DNA of 64,000 nt from Heteronotia binoei (lineage: Eukaryota): positions 51,274,001-51,338,000 of the forward strand of contig NC_083234.1 of the NCBI RefSeq assembly GCF_032191835.1. The letters are read 5' to 3'. Both the position numbers and the translations under genes were made by a program. Below the pieces are notes generated by a model, which was not told the origin of the DNA, made no database searches, and saw nothing but the letters and a program-made list of their open reading frames with translations. Position 1 is the first letter of the stretch; every line of letters starts with the position of its first letter. This document shows, piece by piece, positions 11,376 to 23,070 of this stretch.

Positions 11376-12172
11376 CTGCAGAGGAAGAAGAAAATAGGCA
11401 AACCATTGTGAATCAGAGAGCATCCTACAGTTGACTTCTGGCAAGCAAACTGATCTGGAAATCCTTGAAAATACAGTAGAATTAGAAAAGGGAGGTGGAG
11501 GCATTGAAGACATTTCACAGCACTTAAGACAGAGGAGTATGTGTGTTACAGGAGGACAGAAAGGATTGCAAGAAAGGTTATGAGACAGAGTAATGAAAGG
11601 TAGCACAACAAAACAGGCAGTGAGCTGTAAAGCTGCAACGAGAAATGGAAATCTCTGAAAGACAGAGGAACAAAAATAGGGAGCAGCAGACTACTGACTA
11701 GGATCCTAAAGTGGTGTTCTGCAGGCACAGCAGAAGCTCCTCTGATGGAACAGTTCTTCTGTCTATAAAAGAGGACAATTCTGCCATCCTGCTGCAGACT
11801 CCTAATTTACTCCCCATGCTGTTCCTTAAGGTATGCTGATCTGAAGGAGCACAGGTTCTGGAGACACAGAAGGGTATAATGAAAAGGGGAAGCTGCCTTT
11901 ATTGAGTACAACTCTGCTTGCACTATTAAGGATCCAAGCAGGAAGGCAGATGTACAAGGGAATCTGAGGACTAAGGGGCCAAGTGAACATCAGGTCCTAC
12001 ACCAGACAGGGCAATTCTGCCAAAAAGATTCAACTGTAAATGCAACATTGTGACCTAACCCTAAAGGGGCGGGGAGCCCCCCCATGGTTGTGGGGGAAGG
12101 GATGAAGTCCACATACTGACTGGAACTAACTGGCCCGTTTTTGAACTGCAGACTTCCAGAATCATCATAAAA

Positions 12173-12308
12173 CAGGGGTGGTCAATGGTAGCTCTCCAGA
12201 TGTTTTTTGCCTACAACTCCCATCAGCCCCAGCCAGCATGGCCAATGGCTCGGGCTGATGGGAGTTGTAGGCAAAAAACATCTGGAGAACTACCATTGGC
12301 CACCCCTG
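12173..12308. mobile_element. 136-bp palindromic hAT-type MITE
   Basis: TIR CAGGGGTGGTCAATGG / CCATTGGCCACCCCTG, whole element is a hairpin, perfect 8-bp TSD TCATAAAA (12165-12172, 12309-12316). Confidence 0.92.
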
Positions 12309-12545
12309 TCATAAAAGATTACTGCCACAGATGGTAAACCCCACCACACACAGACTTTCAGGGTTGTTTGTTTGTGTGTGTGTGAGCAAAAGAGATACAG
12401 GTAACATATTAAGCCTACATTGCGGAGACCTGTCCTTTGTTTTGCATGAAACCCATGAATACTAAAGAATATAATTTGATTCTGCCCAGTATACTCTCTT
12501 TGATGGACAGTATGCTCTCTTTTATGAAGACAAATGCAAACTCAC

Positions 12546-12640
12546 CCTGGAAATATTTTCCACACACCAAACAGGCGTAGACATTAATATGCGAAAGTGA
12601 GATTGAACACAGCTTCTCAAAATCAAAGTCCAGAACACTC
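12546..12640 (-). CDS. USP39: USP39 coding exon 3
   Basis: 95 nt, SVLDFDFEKLCSISLSHINVYACLVCGKYFQ; ctag/gtgagt. Confidence 0.96.
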
Positions 12641-13047
12641 CTAGAAAAGCAGAATATTAAGTAATTAATCACCACGGAGTAAATAGACACATCAATCCAA
12701 CAGTATTCAGCAATATTTGTGGGATGAAAACCATCATATCAAACAAAGGCAATCTCATACCGAGTATAGCATTTCAGGAAAGTACTTTGTAGCTCACCTC
12801 ATCAGCATGTTAAGAATGATGTGACTCTGAAAGAGTGGGACACTTGTCTAACTGTGCCACTCTTATAGGTATTTGGACCAAATACATCACTACATCCTAA
12901 TCCATGCATGTATAGGAAAATACAAATGACTTGGCACGGTTCAGCCACCCACTGATTACTGCTGCAAACAATGCAATATTTTCAAGAATACAATCATTAA
13001 TTTAATACCCCCCATGACTACATACTTTATTTTCTCTCTATACTGAC

Positions 13048-13117
13048 TTGTTTATGGTGTCCAAGTATGGGCAGTGCCTGCTCCGCCGGTCTTCCGGGTC
13101 AAAGCGACCATATTTTA
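13048..13117 (-). CDS. USP39: USP39 coding exon 2
   Basis: 70 nt, (V)KYGRFDPEDRRSRHCPYLDTIN(K); tttcag/gtcagt. Confidence 0.95.
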
Positions 13118-13484
13118 CTGAAAGGCAAGCAAAAAAGGCAAGTGAGAAACCTGCTAGGGGATCTTCAGCACAAAAGAAAAAACAAGTACACCAATATACA
13201 TGTTTTCAAAAAGAGCCTCATAACAAGTACTTAACAGGGAAAAATTGTATTTATTTATGTTTTCATGGGTGCTTTTCTAGAAAATACTAAACCTGATGTA
13301 TAAAAAAGAGCAATGGAGAAAAATCCAATAAAACAAACCAAAAAGATACAGCAGCATAATTAATAATTATTGTATGGCATTGGGTGTAGTGCAGCCACAA
13401 GATCCTAAGATCATCTGGCAGCCACAAGTTCTAGCTCTTTTAGCCTTATACACCCCTAGTTGGTGAGCTAGACTTGTATTTAAG

Positions 13485-13640
13485 ACAAGAGACATTCCAG
13501 AGGTGGTTTGCCATTGCCTGCCTTTGCATCATGCCCCTGATATTCCTTAGAGGTTGCCCTTCCAAATACTAGCCAAGGCCAACCCTGCTTTGCTTCCAAG
13601 ATCTGACAGGATCAGGATAGCCTGGGCTATTCAGGTCAGG
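13485..13640 (-). mobile_element. 5S rRNA-headed SINE, tail type A (BovB/Sauria-like tail)
   Basis: Reverse complement reads 5S-like head then gaggcaggcaatggcaaaccacc, as at 44295-44484 and 57483-57692. Confidence 0.75.
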
Positions 13641-13689
13641 TACAGCAGATAAAGGACAACAACAGCAAAACCATTATATCTTGCATTTC

Positions 13690-13994
13690 TCAGCCAGGAG
13701 GCAGAAGGAAGAGAGGCTTGGTTCAGTAGCTCTGTTGTGTGATTGAGAGATACTGGAAAAACAAGCTCCGCTGTCCCCTCTTCCTCTCCAAGAAAGGAGC
13801 CTTAGCCAATGGAGAAAATAAAGGTTTTGTTCTATAGCTCCTGTGCGATTGAGCAAGTTTTGCAAAGCAAGCTGTTATGCAGAAGAAAGCAAGAGATAGG
13901 GAGAAGGAAGCAGATGACAGCCAGCTGCATGGGGGCTGATAGGAGCCCTCTAAGGGCCTGATTCAGCCCCTGGGCTGCATGTTTGACTCCCTGC
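13690..13994. mobile_element. Partial copy of the hAT MITE at 30260-30829
   Basis: Aligns with its right half and ends in TIR gtttgactcccctg. Confidence 0.75.
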
Positions 13995-14076
13995 CTTAAA
14001 GTTTATACCTCTCTATGAATCTTAAGTTGCAACTTATTCAGTTAAAAAATTACACTTAGGCTACACTGGTAACAGT

Positions 14077-14352
14077 AAAGGTAGTCCCCTGTGCAAGCAC
14101 CAGTCGTTTTCAACTCTGGGATGACGTTGCTTTCACAACGTGTTCACAGCAGACTTTTTACGGGGTGGTTTGCCATTGCCTTTCCCAGTCATCTACACTT
14201 TCTGCCCAGCAAGCTGGGTACTCATTTTACCGACCTCGGAAGACTGAGTCAACCTGAGCCGGCTACCTGAACCAATTCCCACTAGGATCGAACTCAGGTT
14301 GTGAGCAGAGGGCTCTGACTGCAGTACTGCAGCTTTACCACTCTGGGCTCTC
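14077..14352 (-). mobile_element. Sauria-type SINE
   Basis: Reverse complement of the family at 40519-40821 (tRNA head, ggcaatggcaaaccacc core, BovB-like accttt tail). Confidence 0.85.
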
Positions 14353-15364
14353 CTAGGCTATACTGGACACCACAGCAACTCTTTAGCAAAGGACAGGGTA
14401 AACTGTCTAACTGTTGGCATTGTAAGTCATAGATGCATCCCTTAAGCATAAGATTTGGGCATGTCCAATCATTCATTTCTCTCAGGGAAGAAGTTATTAT
14501 TAATATTAATTTTGTATCAGAATGTTCACTGATTTTTGAGGATGCTTATGTATTTTTAAACCATCTGCCCATCTCTTGGAGGCTAACCAATGTTCAACAA
14601 AAATGGACTATCCATGTCCTTACTAAAAGACCTTAGAACTCTATCAATATTTGAGTGTGTGGCATATAGACAACTGTGTATTGACTTATTTTTAGATATT
14701 TGGAAACCTTTTATAGAAACTTATGTGTAAATCTGCAACTGTTATTGTTACATATTTTTCTCTATGTCATGTATACTTAAAATCTATTTAGTTGCTGGGT
14801 TTATTTTTTCTCTCTTGCTTTTTTCTCTTTTTTGCAAGAAAGAAAACAATAATTTGTTTAAAAATATCAAAGACAAAAAAGAGTGTTGCCTTATTTTGCA
14901 AAAAACTGCAAAAGTATGATGATGAAGGTGGAGCAGCATGAGGACCTGTGAAAGAAAGATCGTCTCCAGCCTTTTCATTTGGTAGAACTCACACTGTACA
15001 CTAGTCCTCCATACTGGATAAGGAATGAAAGCACTCCGGTTTAATTTATTATTAACTATTACTCTCAAAGACTATTCGAAAGTTTTACACATACAGTGGC
15101 TGAGTTTGGGACCATGATTTGCCCATGACAACAAACCACGCCCCAGAAAACCTCAGCAGACACATAAGAACCATCCCTCTTTGCTTCGAGGAAACTGGAC
15201 TTATAACTAGTTTAATAAACAGAACCTTTGTCCATCCTTTTGTAAAACTCGTCCTGAACTAGCGGCCGCCACATCTGGTCGCACAGATAGCTCTGCGAAG
15301 TAACAAGTGTCATAAACGAGTACATCCTTGACAGGCTGGTGGTCCGACTCCCCCAGCCACCTAC

Positions 15365-15578
15365 CGGTGGGTTCCTCATCCTCGTCGTCTTCTTCGGGCT
15401 CCCGCTTGATTCGCGCCTCGTCGTCGTCCGGCTCTCGCTTCACACGCACCAGGTCCCGACCCCCCAAGCTTCGAGATGCACCGCTCTCTCTACCCGGCTC
15501 TTGCTTAATCCGACTCAAAAGCGAGTTCCGCGGAGACACCTCACGGGAACTCCGCTCTCGTTTTACCCGCACGGACAT
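15365..15578 (-). CDS. USP39: USP39 coding exon 1 (RS-like, VKRE-repeat N-terminus)
   Basis: ATG at 15578, MSVRVKRERSSREVSP...IKREPEEDDEDEEPT; donor accg/gtaggt gives phase 1, matching exon 2. Confidence 0.88.
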
Positions 15579-16482
15579 CTCTACGGAACCAGGACGACTA
15601 TTCGCATATCTGCGCATGCCCAAAGTACCGTCAGGCGCACTCGGAAATCATCACTTGGAAAGCGCCGGTTAATCCAACGGTAGTCAATGCCACTCCAGAG
15701 GCTTGAAAGCAGCGCATGCGAGTTGGAGGGGACCCTATGGAGAACGTGCGCGCGCACAGTATTTTTTTTTTCCCCCAACGCTACTAGTCGTTTCAGCTGG
15801 ATTTACATTCAACCAAGAGTACAGCAGAACAGCTGTTGCACCATTCAGCCGCTATTGGCGATTATTTCGCCACAAAATAGTGGCTGCTGCACCATTATAC
15901 TAATCTTAGCTTAAACGTGGTGCTCTCGAGTGTAAAGCCCCATAGGTGTGTGCTTTTGTCTCAGCCAGCGTGTCGTTTGTTTGTTTAATCGAATTTAAAT
16001 CCCGCGAGAGGGCTCAGAGCGGGTAACAGCAAGTTTTAAAGTATTAAAATCAGTTTTGCAGCAATAACGGAAACAATAAAGACAATGCAACAATTTAAGG
16101 ATGGCAAAAGAAAGAGGTCTAACTGTTTCAAGTGGCAGTTCTTTCCTATCCCACTTCGGGGATGCATAGCTTCTGTGATGCACAAGCGCGCACGCTTTTT
16201 AAACGACTATTCTCCGACGAGAGAGAGAGCAGCCTTTCCCGGGCACGATGGTTTCGGCTTCACTGGGGCTGCCCAGTTTGGTCGGCATCTGTGAACAGCA
16301 CTGGGGTGACTGAGGAAACTCTCTTGGCCCAAGCACACTACCCGTCCCTTCGCAAAAAGCAAGGAGGCGCCGGCTAGACGACTGTGGTAGGAGCAGCAGA
16401 GCTTGCGGGCGGCCGCTTCGCTGGCTCCTCCCCGGGGGCTGGCCAGTCTGCCTTCGGGTTCCGGAGGCGGAGGCAGATTTCC

Positions 16483-16610
16483 ATGGACTCGGCGGCGGTG
16501 GGGCTGGAAGAGGGGCGGAATAGTCCGGCGTGGAGGGGTTGCCGGCCGGGAGGACGCCTGGACATGAGCCATGGATTCGTGAGGCACATCAGGCGCAACC
16601 AGATCGCCAG
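16483..16610 (+). CDS. C2orf68: C2orf68 homolog (UPF0561) exon 1
   Basis: MDSAAVGLEEGRNSPAWRGCRPGGRLDMSHGFVRHIRRNQIA(R); PGGRLDMxHGFVxHIRRNQIAR is diagnostic; donor ag/gtaccg. Confidence 0.9.
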
Positions 16611-16876
16611 GTACCGGCTGTTGCGTGGGAGGAAGAGCCTGCCGGGGAGCCGAGTTCCAACCCCCCGGTCCAGATAGCCAGTTTTGGCTCTAAAGAGCCC
16701 CGCTTGAGATAATAGAAGCTCATCCTTTTATTTTAGTTCAAATGCGACACGTATGTTTTCGTATTTCCACTCAAGAAGCTATGTTCTGATCTTTACAACA
16801 ACCCTTTTATTATTTCATGCAGAGGGGAGGCCGAGGGGAGATGCCGCCTGTTAAGGCAAGGGCAGAGATGAGATTT

Positions 16877-17483
16877 ACATAAGAACATAAGAGAAGCCAT
16901 GTTGGATCAGGCCAATGGCCCATCCAGCCCAACACTGTGTCACACAGTGGCCAATATATGTGACAATACACACACACACATATATACACACACACACTCT
17001 GTGGCTAATAGCCACTGATAGACCTCTGCTCCATATTTTTATCCAATCCCCTCTTAAAGCTGGCTATGCTTGTAAGCTGCCACCTCCTGTGGCAGTGAAT
17101 TCCACATGTTAATCACCCTTTGGATGAAGAAGTACTTCCTTTTATCCGTTTTATCCTGACTGCTCAGCAATTTAATCGAATGCCCACGAGTTCTTGTATT
17201 GTGAGAAAGGGAGAAAAGGACTTCTTTCTCTACTTTCGCCATCCCTTGCATAACCTTGTAAACCTCTTATCATGTCACCCCGCAGTCGACCTTTCTCCAA
17301 GCTAAAGAGCCCCAAGCGTTTTAACTTTTCTTCATAGGGAAAGTGTTCCAACCCTTTAATCATTCTAGTTGCCCTTTTCTGCACTTTTTTCAATGCTATA
17401 ATATCCGTTTTGAGGTTCGGTGACCAGAATTGTACACAGTATTCCAAATGAGACCGCACCATCAATTTATACAGGGGCATTAT
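16877..17483 (-). mobile_element. CR1 LINE 3' fragment
   Basis: [20 protein letters not shown]...[20 protein letters not shown]2 C-terminus, 3'UTR with microsatellite, cttatgttcttatgt tail. Confidence 0.92.
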
Positions 17484-18002
17484 TTGAAACGGGACTTGCT
17501 GTTTGTTTACCTCCCCTTATTACAGGAACTTTTGTGGGCTCTGATTATCTTTTGTGCCCCTTGACAGTACACTGTCTCAGTAACATCAGCCCTGTAGGAT
17601 AAGTTAGTATTTTTACTCCCGTTGGAGAATAAGAATCATTTTTACAGTGTATTCTTATGTATATTTAGTTAGATGTAAGTACAATCTGTGAGTCTTACTC
17701 TCAGGTACGCATGCATAGAATTGCAGCCCTAATAAAGTAACTTGCAAGGAAAAGGAGATGGGCTGGGCAGTTAAGTTTTGATGGTCTCTACACCAGGACC
17801 TTCCAACCTTTTCTGAGCCTGCAGGCACATTTGTAATTCTGACACAGGATGGTGGGTGCATCCACAAAATGGCTGCTGCAGGAGGCAGAGCCAAACTATT
17901 CATACATTGACTTCTTTTATAATTCTCTGTAGGATTGGGACTAAAGGATACTATTTTGGCCAGTCTGTAGCAGTAGAAAAGAGCAAGAGTCCAGTAGCAC
18001 CT

Positions 18003-18400
18003 TGCTGTCGTTCAGTCACACAGTCGAGTCTGACTCTTCTTGATCCCATGGACCACATCACGCCAGGCCCTTCTATTTTCCACCATCCTCTTTTTGCTCA
18101 AATTTTTGCTCGTTGCATTGATAACACTGTCTAATCATCTCATCCTTTGCTGTCCCCTTCTTCTTTTACCTTAAATCTTTCCCAGCATCAGGGATTTCTC
18201 CATTGAATGCTCCCATCTTATTTGGTGGCCAAAGTATTTGAGCTTCAGTATCTGACCTTCCAGGGAACAGTCAGGGTTGATTTCCTTTAGGATTGACTGA
18301 TTTGATCTCCTCACCATCCAAGGGACTCTCAAGAGTCTTCTCCAGCACTACAGTTTGAAAGAATCTGTTATTCGGCACTCAGCCTTCCTTATGGTCCAAC
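18003..18400 (-). mobile_element. BovB (RTE) LINE 3' fragment inserted in a Penelope-derived repeat
   Basis: Typical BovB 3' sequence (gggactctcaagagtcttctccagcac, ttcagtcacacagtcgagtc); flanked by two halves of the agtccagtagcacct...aaagactaccaaaatttgtggcagggtatg repeat. Confidence 0.8.
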
Positions 18401-18648
18401 CTTAAAACACCTCAAAGACTACCAAAATTTGTGGCAGGGTATGAACATACTCATGCTTGCAATTTTGGATGAAACAGGCTGTTTAGATAAGAAAGGCACT
18501 GCATGCAGGTTAGGCGATCAAAGAAATTCTTCCATCGTCAGAACAACAGAATCCATACAATTAACAGGCGGAAAGTTGTAAGCTTTGTGTCACTGCTCAA
18601 CCTCCCCAAAGTGTCCCATTAAAAGACCTCTTGTCTGTTCCTTTCCAG

Positions 18649-18764
18649 GGATGACTATGACAAGGAGATGAAGCAAGCCAAGGAAAAGGTGAAAAAGAGG
18701 CATACGCCAGCCCCAGCCCGGCCCAGAAAACCAGATCAGCAGGTCTATCATCCCCGTCAAAGAA
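18649..18764 (+). CDS. C2orf68: C2orf68 exon 2
   Basis: 116 nt, DDYDKEMKQAKEKVKKRHTPAPARPRKPDQQVYHPRQR; ttccag/gtgagt. Confidence 0.94.
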
Positions 18765-19185
18765 GTGAGTTTAATCAACCATGTCTTGTCCAGTTTACTG
18801 TGTTTTAATTCCTGAGTGGCAGTTTTCTTGGGGGAAAAGAGAACAATATTTATTTCCAAGCCCTGATTATGCTTAATACTTTCAAATTATTTGACTCTGT
18901 ACTGCAAAATATTTTAATCCCAAAGCAGATTGTTGTGGCCAGGATTAAAACAAACTGAATATCTTTGCCTTTATTGTTTGTTTCTTGCTTCATTTGTAAT
19001 CTGCCTTTATCACTGAGACTCAAGGTGTATTACTACATTTTTTAAAAAAAATGCAATAAAACTGGATTACGCAACAAGGAAACAAGGTGATAAAAAGTAT
19101 AATACCTACAAGCATTACACACAAAAAAAACTGGAGGTGGGGAAACAGCCACTTCTCCTAGCCTTTCTTGTTCATTGCTTTCCAG

Positions 19186-19331
19186 ATAGAGCTGAAGTCA
19201 CATCTGGCTTGGAGTATGAGGGCTCCAGTGAGAGTAGTTCCAGTACTGAACTAGACCCTTATGGACCAGCACTCTTCTGCCTGGAATATGAAGCTGACAG
19301 TGGCAAGATCACCTCAGTTGTTGTGCACCAG
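19186..19331 (+). CDS. C2orf68: C2orf68 exon 3
   Basis: 146 nt, (N)RAEVTSGLEYEGSSESSSSTELDPYGPALFCLEYEADSGKITSVVVHQ; ttccag/gtataa. Confidence 0.94.
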
Positions 19332-20306
19332 GTATAAGGTTTCCTGGCAAGTTCAAACAAGCCAGAGACTGGAACTCCTTCAAGAGTGCCGTCGGAAGGA
19401 AGTCCAGTCTATGCAAGGACTCACAGATGCTCAACATTTAACAAGCGTTGATAAATAGGCTGCATTTCCTTTGATCTGTTGAAGGCCAGGTAGTGTACAT
19501 TGTAGCAGGAGGTGGGAATTGTACTCATCCAGCAAAGAGTATGTTATGGCAGAAGCCAAAATGGATCAAATATATGGCAGGGTGGGGAGAAGCACTTTGT
19601 CAGCTCTGCCTTCTAAAATCTTGCACAGCATGGGCATGGATATGAAACTGGGGAAAAAAATTATTTGGGAGTCAGTTACCATTCTGTTGCTAGTGCCCTC
19701 TTTATAGACTGAGCTTGGGTGTTAGGGTCACAGTGTGATGAGGGCTTCACCAATAGGTACCTGGGACACTTGTGCAGCCACATTCCAAGTTACCATGATT
19801 TTTGTAGCTGGAGAAAGAATCACATTTTCTCAATAATACCATATAGTGACTTGAATGCTGGGGAAAGGTGATGTTGCATAAGTATTCTCAGTAATAACAT
19901 ATAGTGGCTTGAATGCTGGGGAAATGTGATGTTGCAGAAGTAGAGCTTCATGGGAGATGTCTGGATCCCACACAACACACAAGCAACAATTGTGCTGGTC
20001 GTCTAGATAGGCCCATAGACCCTCATTTCCTTCAGTGGCGGAATGGGCGGGAAAATACCAACTCAACTTCTTCTTCTACCTCCCAACCTTCCTTTCCTTT
20101 TTAAGAAGTCACTTAGAACAATCATGCATCCAAGAGACTGTCTGATTGGGAAGTGGGAAAAGGCAGTGCAGAGGGGAGGGGGGGATCCCTGAGTTTGTTT
20201 CTTTAATAATTTTTCCTGGATGTTTCCCATCTGTTCTGTACGGCTGTGTCTGTGTGTCTGCTGCGCACTCATCCTTTCTCAGTGGGCCCTGTACTTCTTT
20301 CTACAG

Positions 20307-20429
20307 GACAGTGACCCTGATGAGGTGGTAGAGAAGATCAGTGCCCAGAACCCACTGGAACCAGCTATGCGTGAGGCCCTGAAGAAGCGGGTGCTGGAGG
20401 AGCTAGAAAAACGACGAGTAAAGCGCTGA
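20307..20429 (+). CDS. C2orf68: C2orf68 exon 4 (stop)
   Basis: DSDPDEVVEKISAQNPLEPAMREALKKRVLEELEKRRVKR*; spliced CDS 513 nt = 170 aa. Confidence 0.94.
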   Translation, partial: DSDPDEVVEKISAQNPLEPAMREALKKRVLEELEKRRVKR

Positions 20430-20544
20430 GGCACTGTGAAAATATCTGTGTTGTTTACCTCGCTGGGAAATACTTTTTGCAAAAGGGACAGCAAACTTGT
20501 CCCACAGTGTTTGGTTTGGAGGCTTCAAGAGGGTCAGGGAGTTA

Positions 20545-20870
20545 TGTAGTAATGGTCACACGACTCAGGGTTGAGGTTCATGGACCAGTCTGTCCATGCT
20601 GCTTGAGTCTTTTTGACAGTGGTTGCATTGCTTTATTTTATACATTCCTCTGTACACAATCATTGACTAACATCGTGCAGAATGAAACGAGCAATGTTTA
20701 CATAAGCTTGTAACCCCAAATGTGGATTCCAGGAAGGAGGTGAAAGGGCAGCACATTTTGAGACCCTCAGCATTCTTGCATAGGCCAAAGTACATGAAGG
20801 CTTTAATGCTGCCTTCTGAGTCTTAAGATGGAGTCAGAATAAGGTTGGCCAGGCCATTGTCCTTCCTTCA
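20545..20870 (-). repeat. ERV 3' LTR (326 bp)
   Basis: Minus strand TGAAGG...ACTACA, contains AATAAA; preceded by polypurine tract AAAAAAAGAGTGAGA (about 20871-20885). Confidence 0.95.
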
Positions 20871-21650
20871 TCTCACTCTTTTTTGTTTTTTGTTAAAAGT
20901 TGTCCCCTCACCGTCACTCTCTGGAATTGATTGTATTAAAGGGGCGTATTGTTCCAGTTGCTTTGCTAATACATATGCATGATTTTCTTGCAAGGTATAT
21001 TCTTCTCTTGACGGTTTACATATTCTTGTACACAAGACACATAAGGAAGGCAAGCATTGTACAAAGCAACACTGTGACTAAGACACATAATCAGTCTGAG
21101 ATAATAATGCCATTTCAGAAGAATCACAGGTAGAGTCTAAGGGGACAGTTTCTCTGCTAATGCGTGAGGCAGAGGATTCCATAAGCCAGGATCTTTGAGG
21201 CAACACTACAGCAAGGTGACTTAAACAACATACAGAAAGAGATATATTAGCAGGAATATAACTAAAAGTTTAATGGAAGCAAGAGGAAAACCAATCAGGT
21301 GATAAAGGAATATAGCCATAATTACTGGTTACATTAATTGTTATATTACATTTCCACAAAGGGGCATCTGTTTGTAGGCAACCATGCAATGGCTTATGGT
21401 GGGAATGCCAGTTGGGTGAAGTTGCATAAGAGATTTGGGATGCATTTAAACATTTACCAAGAGCTGTATCAGTTCCTGGAGCCTTGCAAACGGGAATGAC
21501 ATGTAAATCAGTGTGTTGTGTTAAACAAAAATGTGAAACATTGTTAATGTTAGCTAAATGTTCCCAAAAGTCAAACTGAAGATGATCTCCAAAACTGATA
21601 GCCTTGACAGGAGACAAAATACATATACAAAAACAACAAAGTTTGTTCAT
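20868..21650 (-). pseudogene. env: ERV env remnant (signal peptide + partial SU, RISR cleavage site, deleted TM)
   Basis: ATG 21650 MNKLCCFCICILSPVKA..., Cys-rich with NVS/NAS/NIT/NVT sequons; RISR at 21153-21164 followed by ETVPLDSTCDSSEMALLSQTDYVS*; then CCFVQCLPSL tail running to the LTR. Confidence 0.65.
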
Positions 21651-21859
21651 TGTGCAAATACAGCAGCCACCAAGTTATCCAGGGATGGCTCTCGCCCAGC
21701 CTCTTCCAACGTTTGTTGAGCTGGATTAGTTAGACGCTTCACATCCCCCCATATGACATCACGAACTGTCTGAGTCTGTGGGCGTTACACAATCTCTCGT
21801 TTGGGCTGAGATTGAAATTGGGAAGTGGATTTAGGAGATCCTGATGCCATGCCATCTTT

Positions 21860-22363
21860 AGCCAAGTGCCAGAACCCACAAAGGATCTGCAAGAGAAAAC
21901 ACAGCAGCATGCCGGCACCCCCAGTTAACAAAGGGGCACTGAACCATGCCAAGTTAATAAGGCCAAATTCAATTGTTCAATTGCATTTGGGTAGGAACCC
22001 TCATTTTCACTCCTTTTAATTGTTTTTGAAGAGTGGTGTTCAAGGTCTGATTAGCATGTTCCACAATAGCTTGACCTGTGGAATTATATAGAATACCATG
22101 ACTGAGACAGATGTCCCATTGTATATAAAATTCTTGGAAACCAGCAGAACAGTAGGCAGGGCTATTATCTGTCTTGAATTTTTGAGGTTTGCCCAGGACA
22201 GTGATGGCAGCAATTAGATGAGCAATAACATGCGTGGGAGACTCCCCTCTTTGAGGAGTGGCCCATAAGACACCTGAATAGGTGTCTACAGACATATGAA
22301 CAAATTTCCAAAGGGGCCAAGGAGGGAACATGTGTGACATCCATTTGCCAGAGTTTGTTAGAG
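21860..22363 (-). pseudogene. pol: ERV integrase core and C-terminus (frameshifted)
   Basis: KLWQMDVTH, VDTYSG, KTDNSPAY, HGILYNSTGQAIVEHAN: class II DDE integrase motifs. Confidence 0.9.
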
Positions 22364-23070
22364 AACACTTTCCCTATGAAGAAAGGTTAAAACACCTGGG
22401 ACGCTTTGGCTTGGAGAAACATTGACTGCAGGGTGACATGATAAGAGGTTAACAAGATTATGCATGGGATGGAGAAAGTAGAGAAAGAAGTACTTTCCTC
22501 CCTTTCTCACAATACAGAACTCGTGGGCATTCAATGAAATTGTTGAGCAGTCAGGTTAAAACAGATAAAAGGAAGTACTTCTTCATCCAAAGGGTGATTA
22601 ACATGTGGAATTCACTGCTACAGGAGGTGGTGGCGGCTACAAACTTAGCCAGCCCCAAGAGGGGACTGGATAAAAATATGGAGCAGAGGTCCATCAGTTG
22701 CTATTAACCACAGTATATATATATATGTGTGTGTGTAGAAGAAGACATTGGATTTATATTCTGCCCTCCATTCAAGAGCTGCAGAGTGGCTCACAATGTC
22801 CTTTATCTCCCTCCCCCACAACAGACACCCTGTGAGGTGTGTGGGGCTGAGAGGATTCTCATAGCAGCTGCCCTTTCAAGGACAACCTCTGCCAGAGTTA
22901 TGACTGACCCAAAACCATTCAAGCAGTTACAAGTGGAGGAGTGGGGAATCAAACCTGGCTCTCCCAGATAAGAGTTTGCACACTTAACCACTGCATCAAA
23001 CTGAAACATATATTGGTCACTGTCTGACACAGAGTGCTGGACTGGATGGACCATTGTCCTGATCAAACTT
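22364..23070 (+). mobile_element. CR1 3' fragment nested in the ERV integrase, itself interrupted by a SINE
   Basis: Aligns with CR1 38460-38900; its 3'UTR resumes at about 23003 after the SINE. Confidence 0.88.
22737..23002 (-). mobile_element. MIR/Squam3-like SINE nested in the CR1 microsatellite
   Basis: Same family as 7867-8143; sits inside the (TA)n(TG)n tract of the CR1 3'UTR. Confidence 0.85.

Larger units (their letters stand above)
15300..16700. promoter_or_regulatory. CpG-island bidirectional promoter region of USP39 / C2orf68
   Basis: CpG-rich; head-to-head ATGs at 15578 (-) and 16483 (+); NRF1-like GCGCATGCG at 15712-15720; TCCCGCGAGA (CGCG/BANP-like) at 16000-16009. Confidence 0.8.

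Noticed and set aside
15207-15623. 138-aa ORF as the full USP39 exon 1
   Set aside because: Starts at TTG/an ATG inside an NRF1-like promoter motif and runs through the donor at 15364 into intron; the conserved part is 15365-15578
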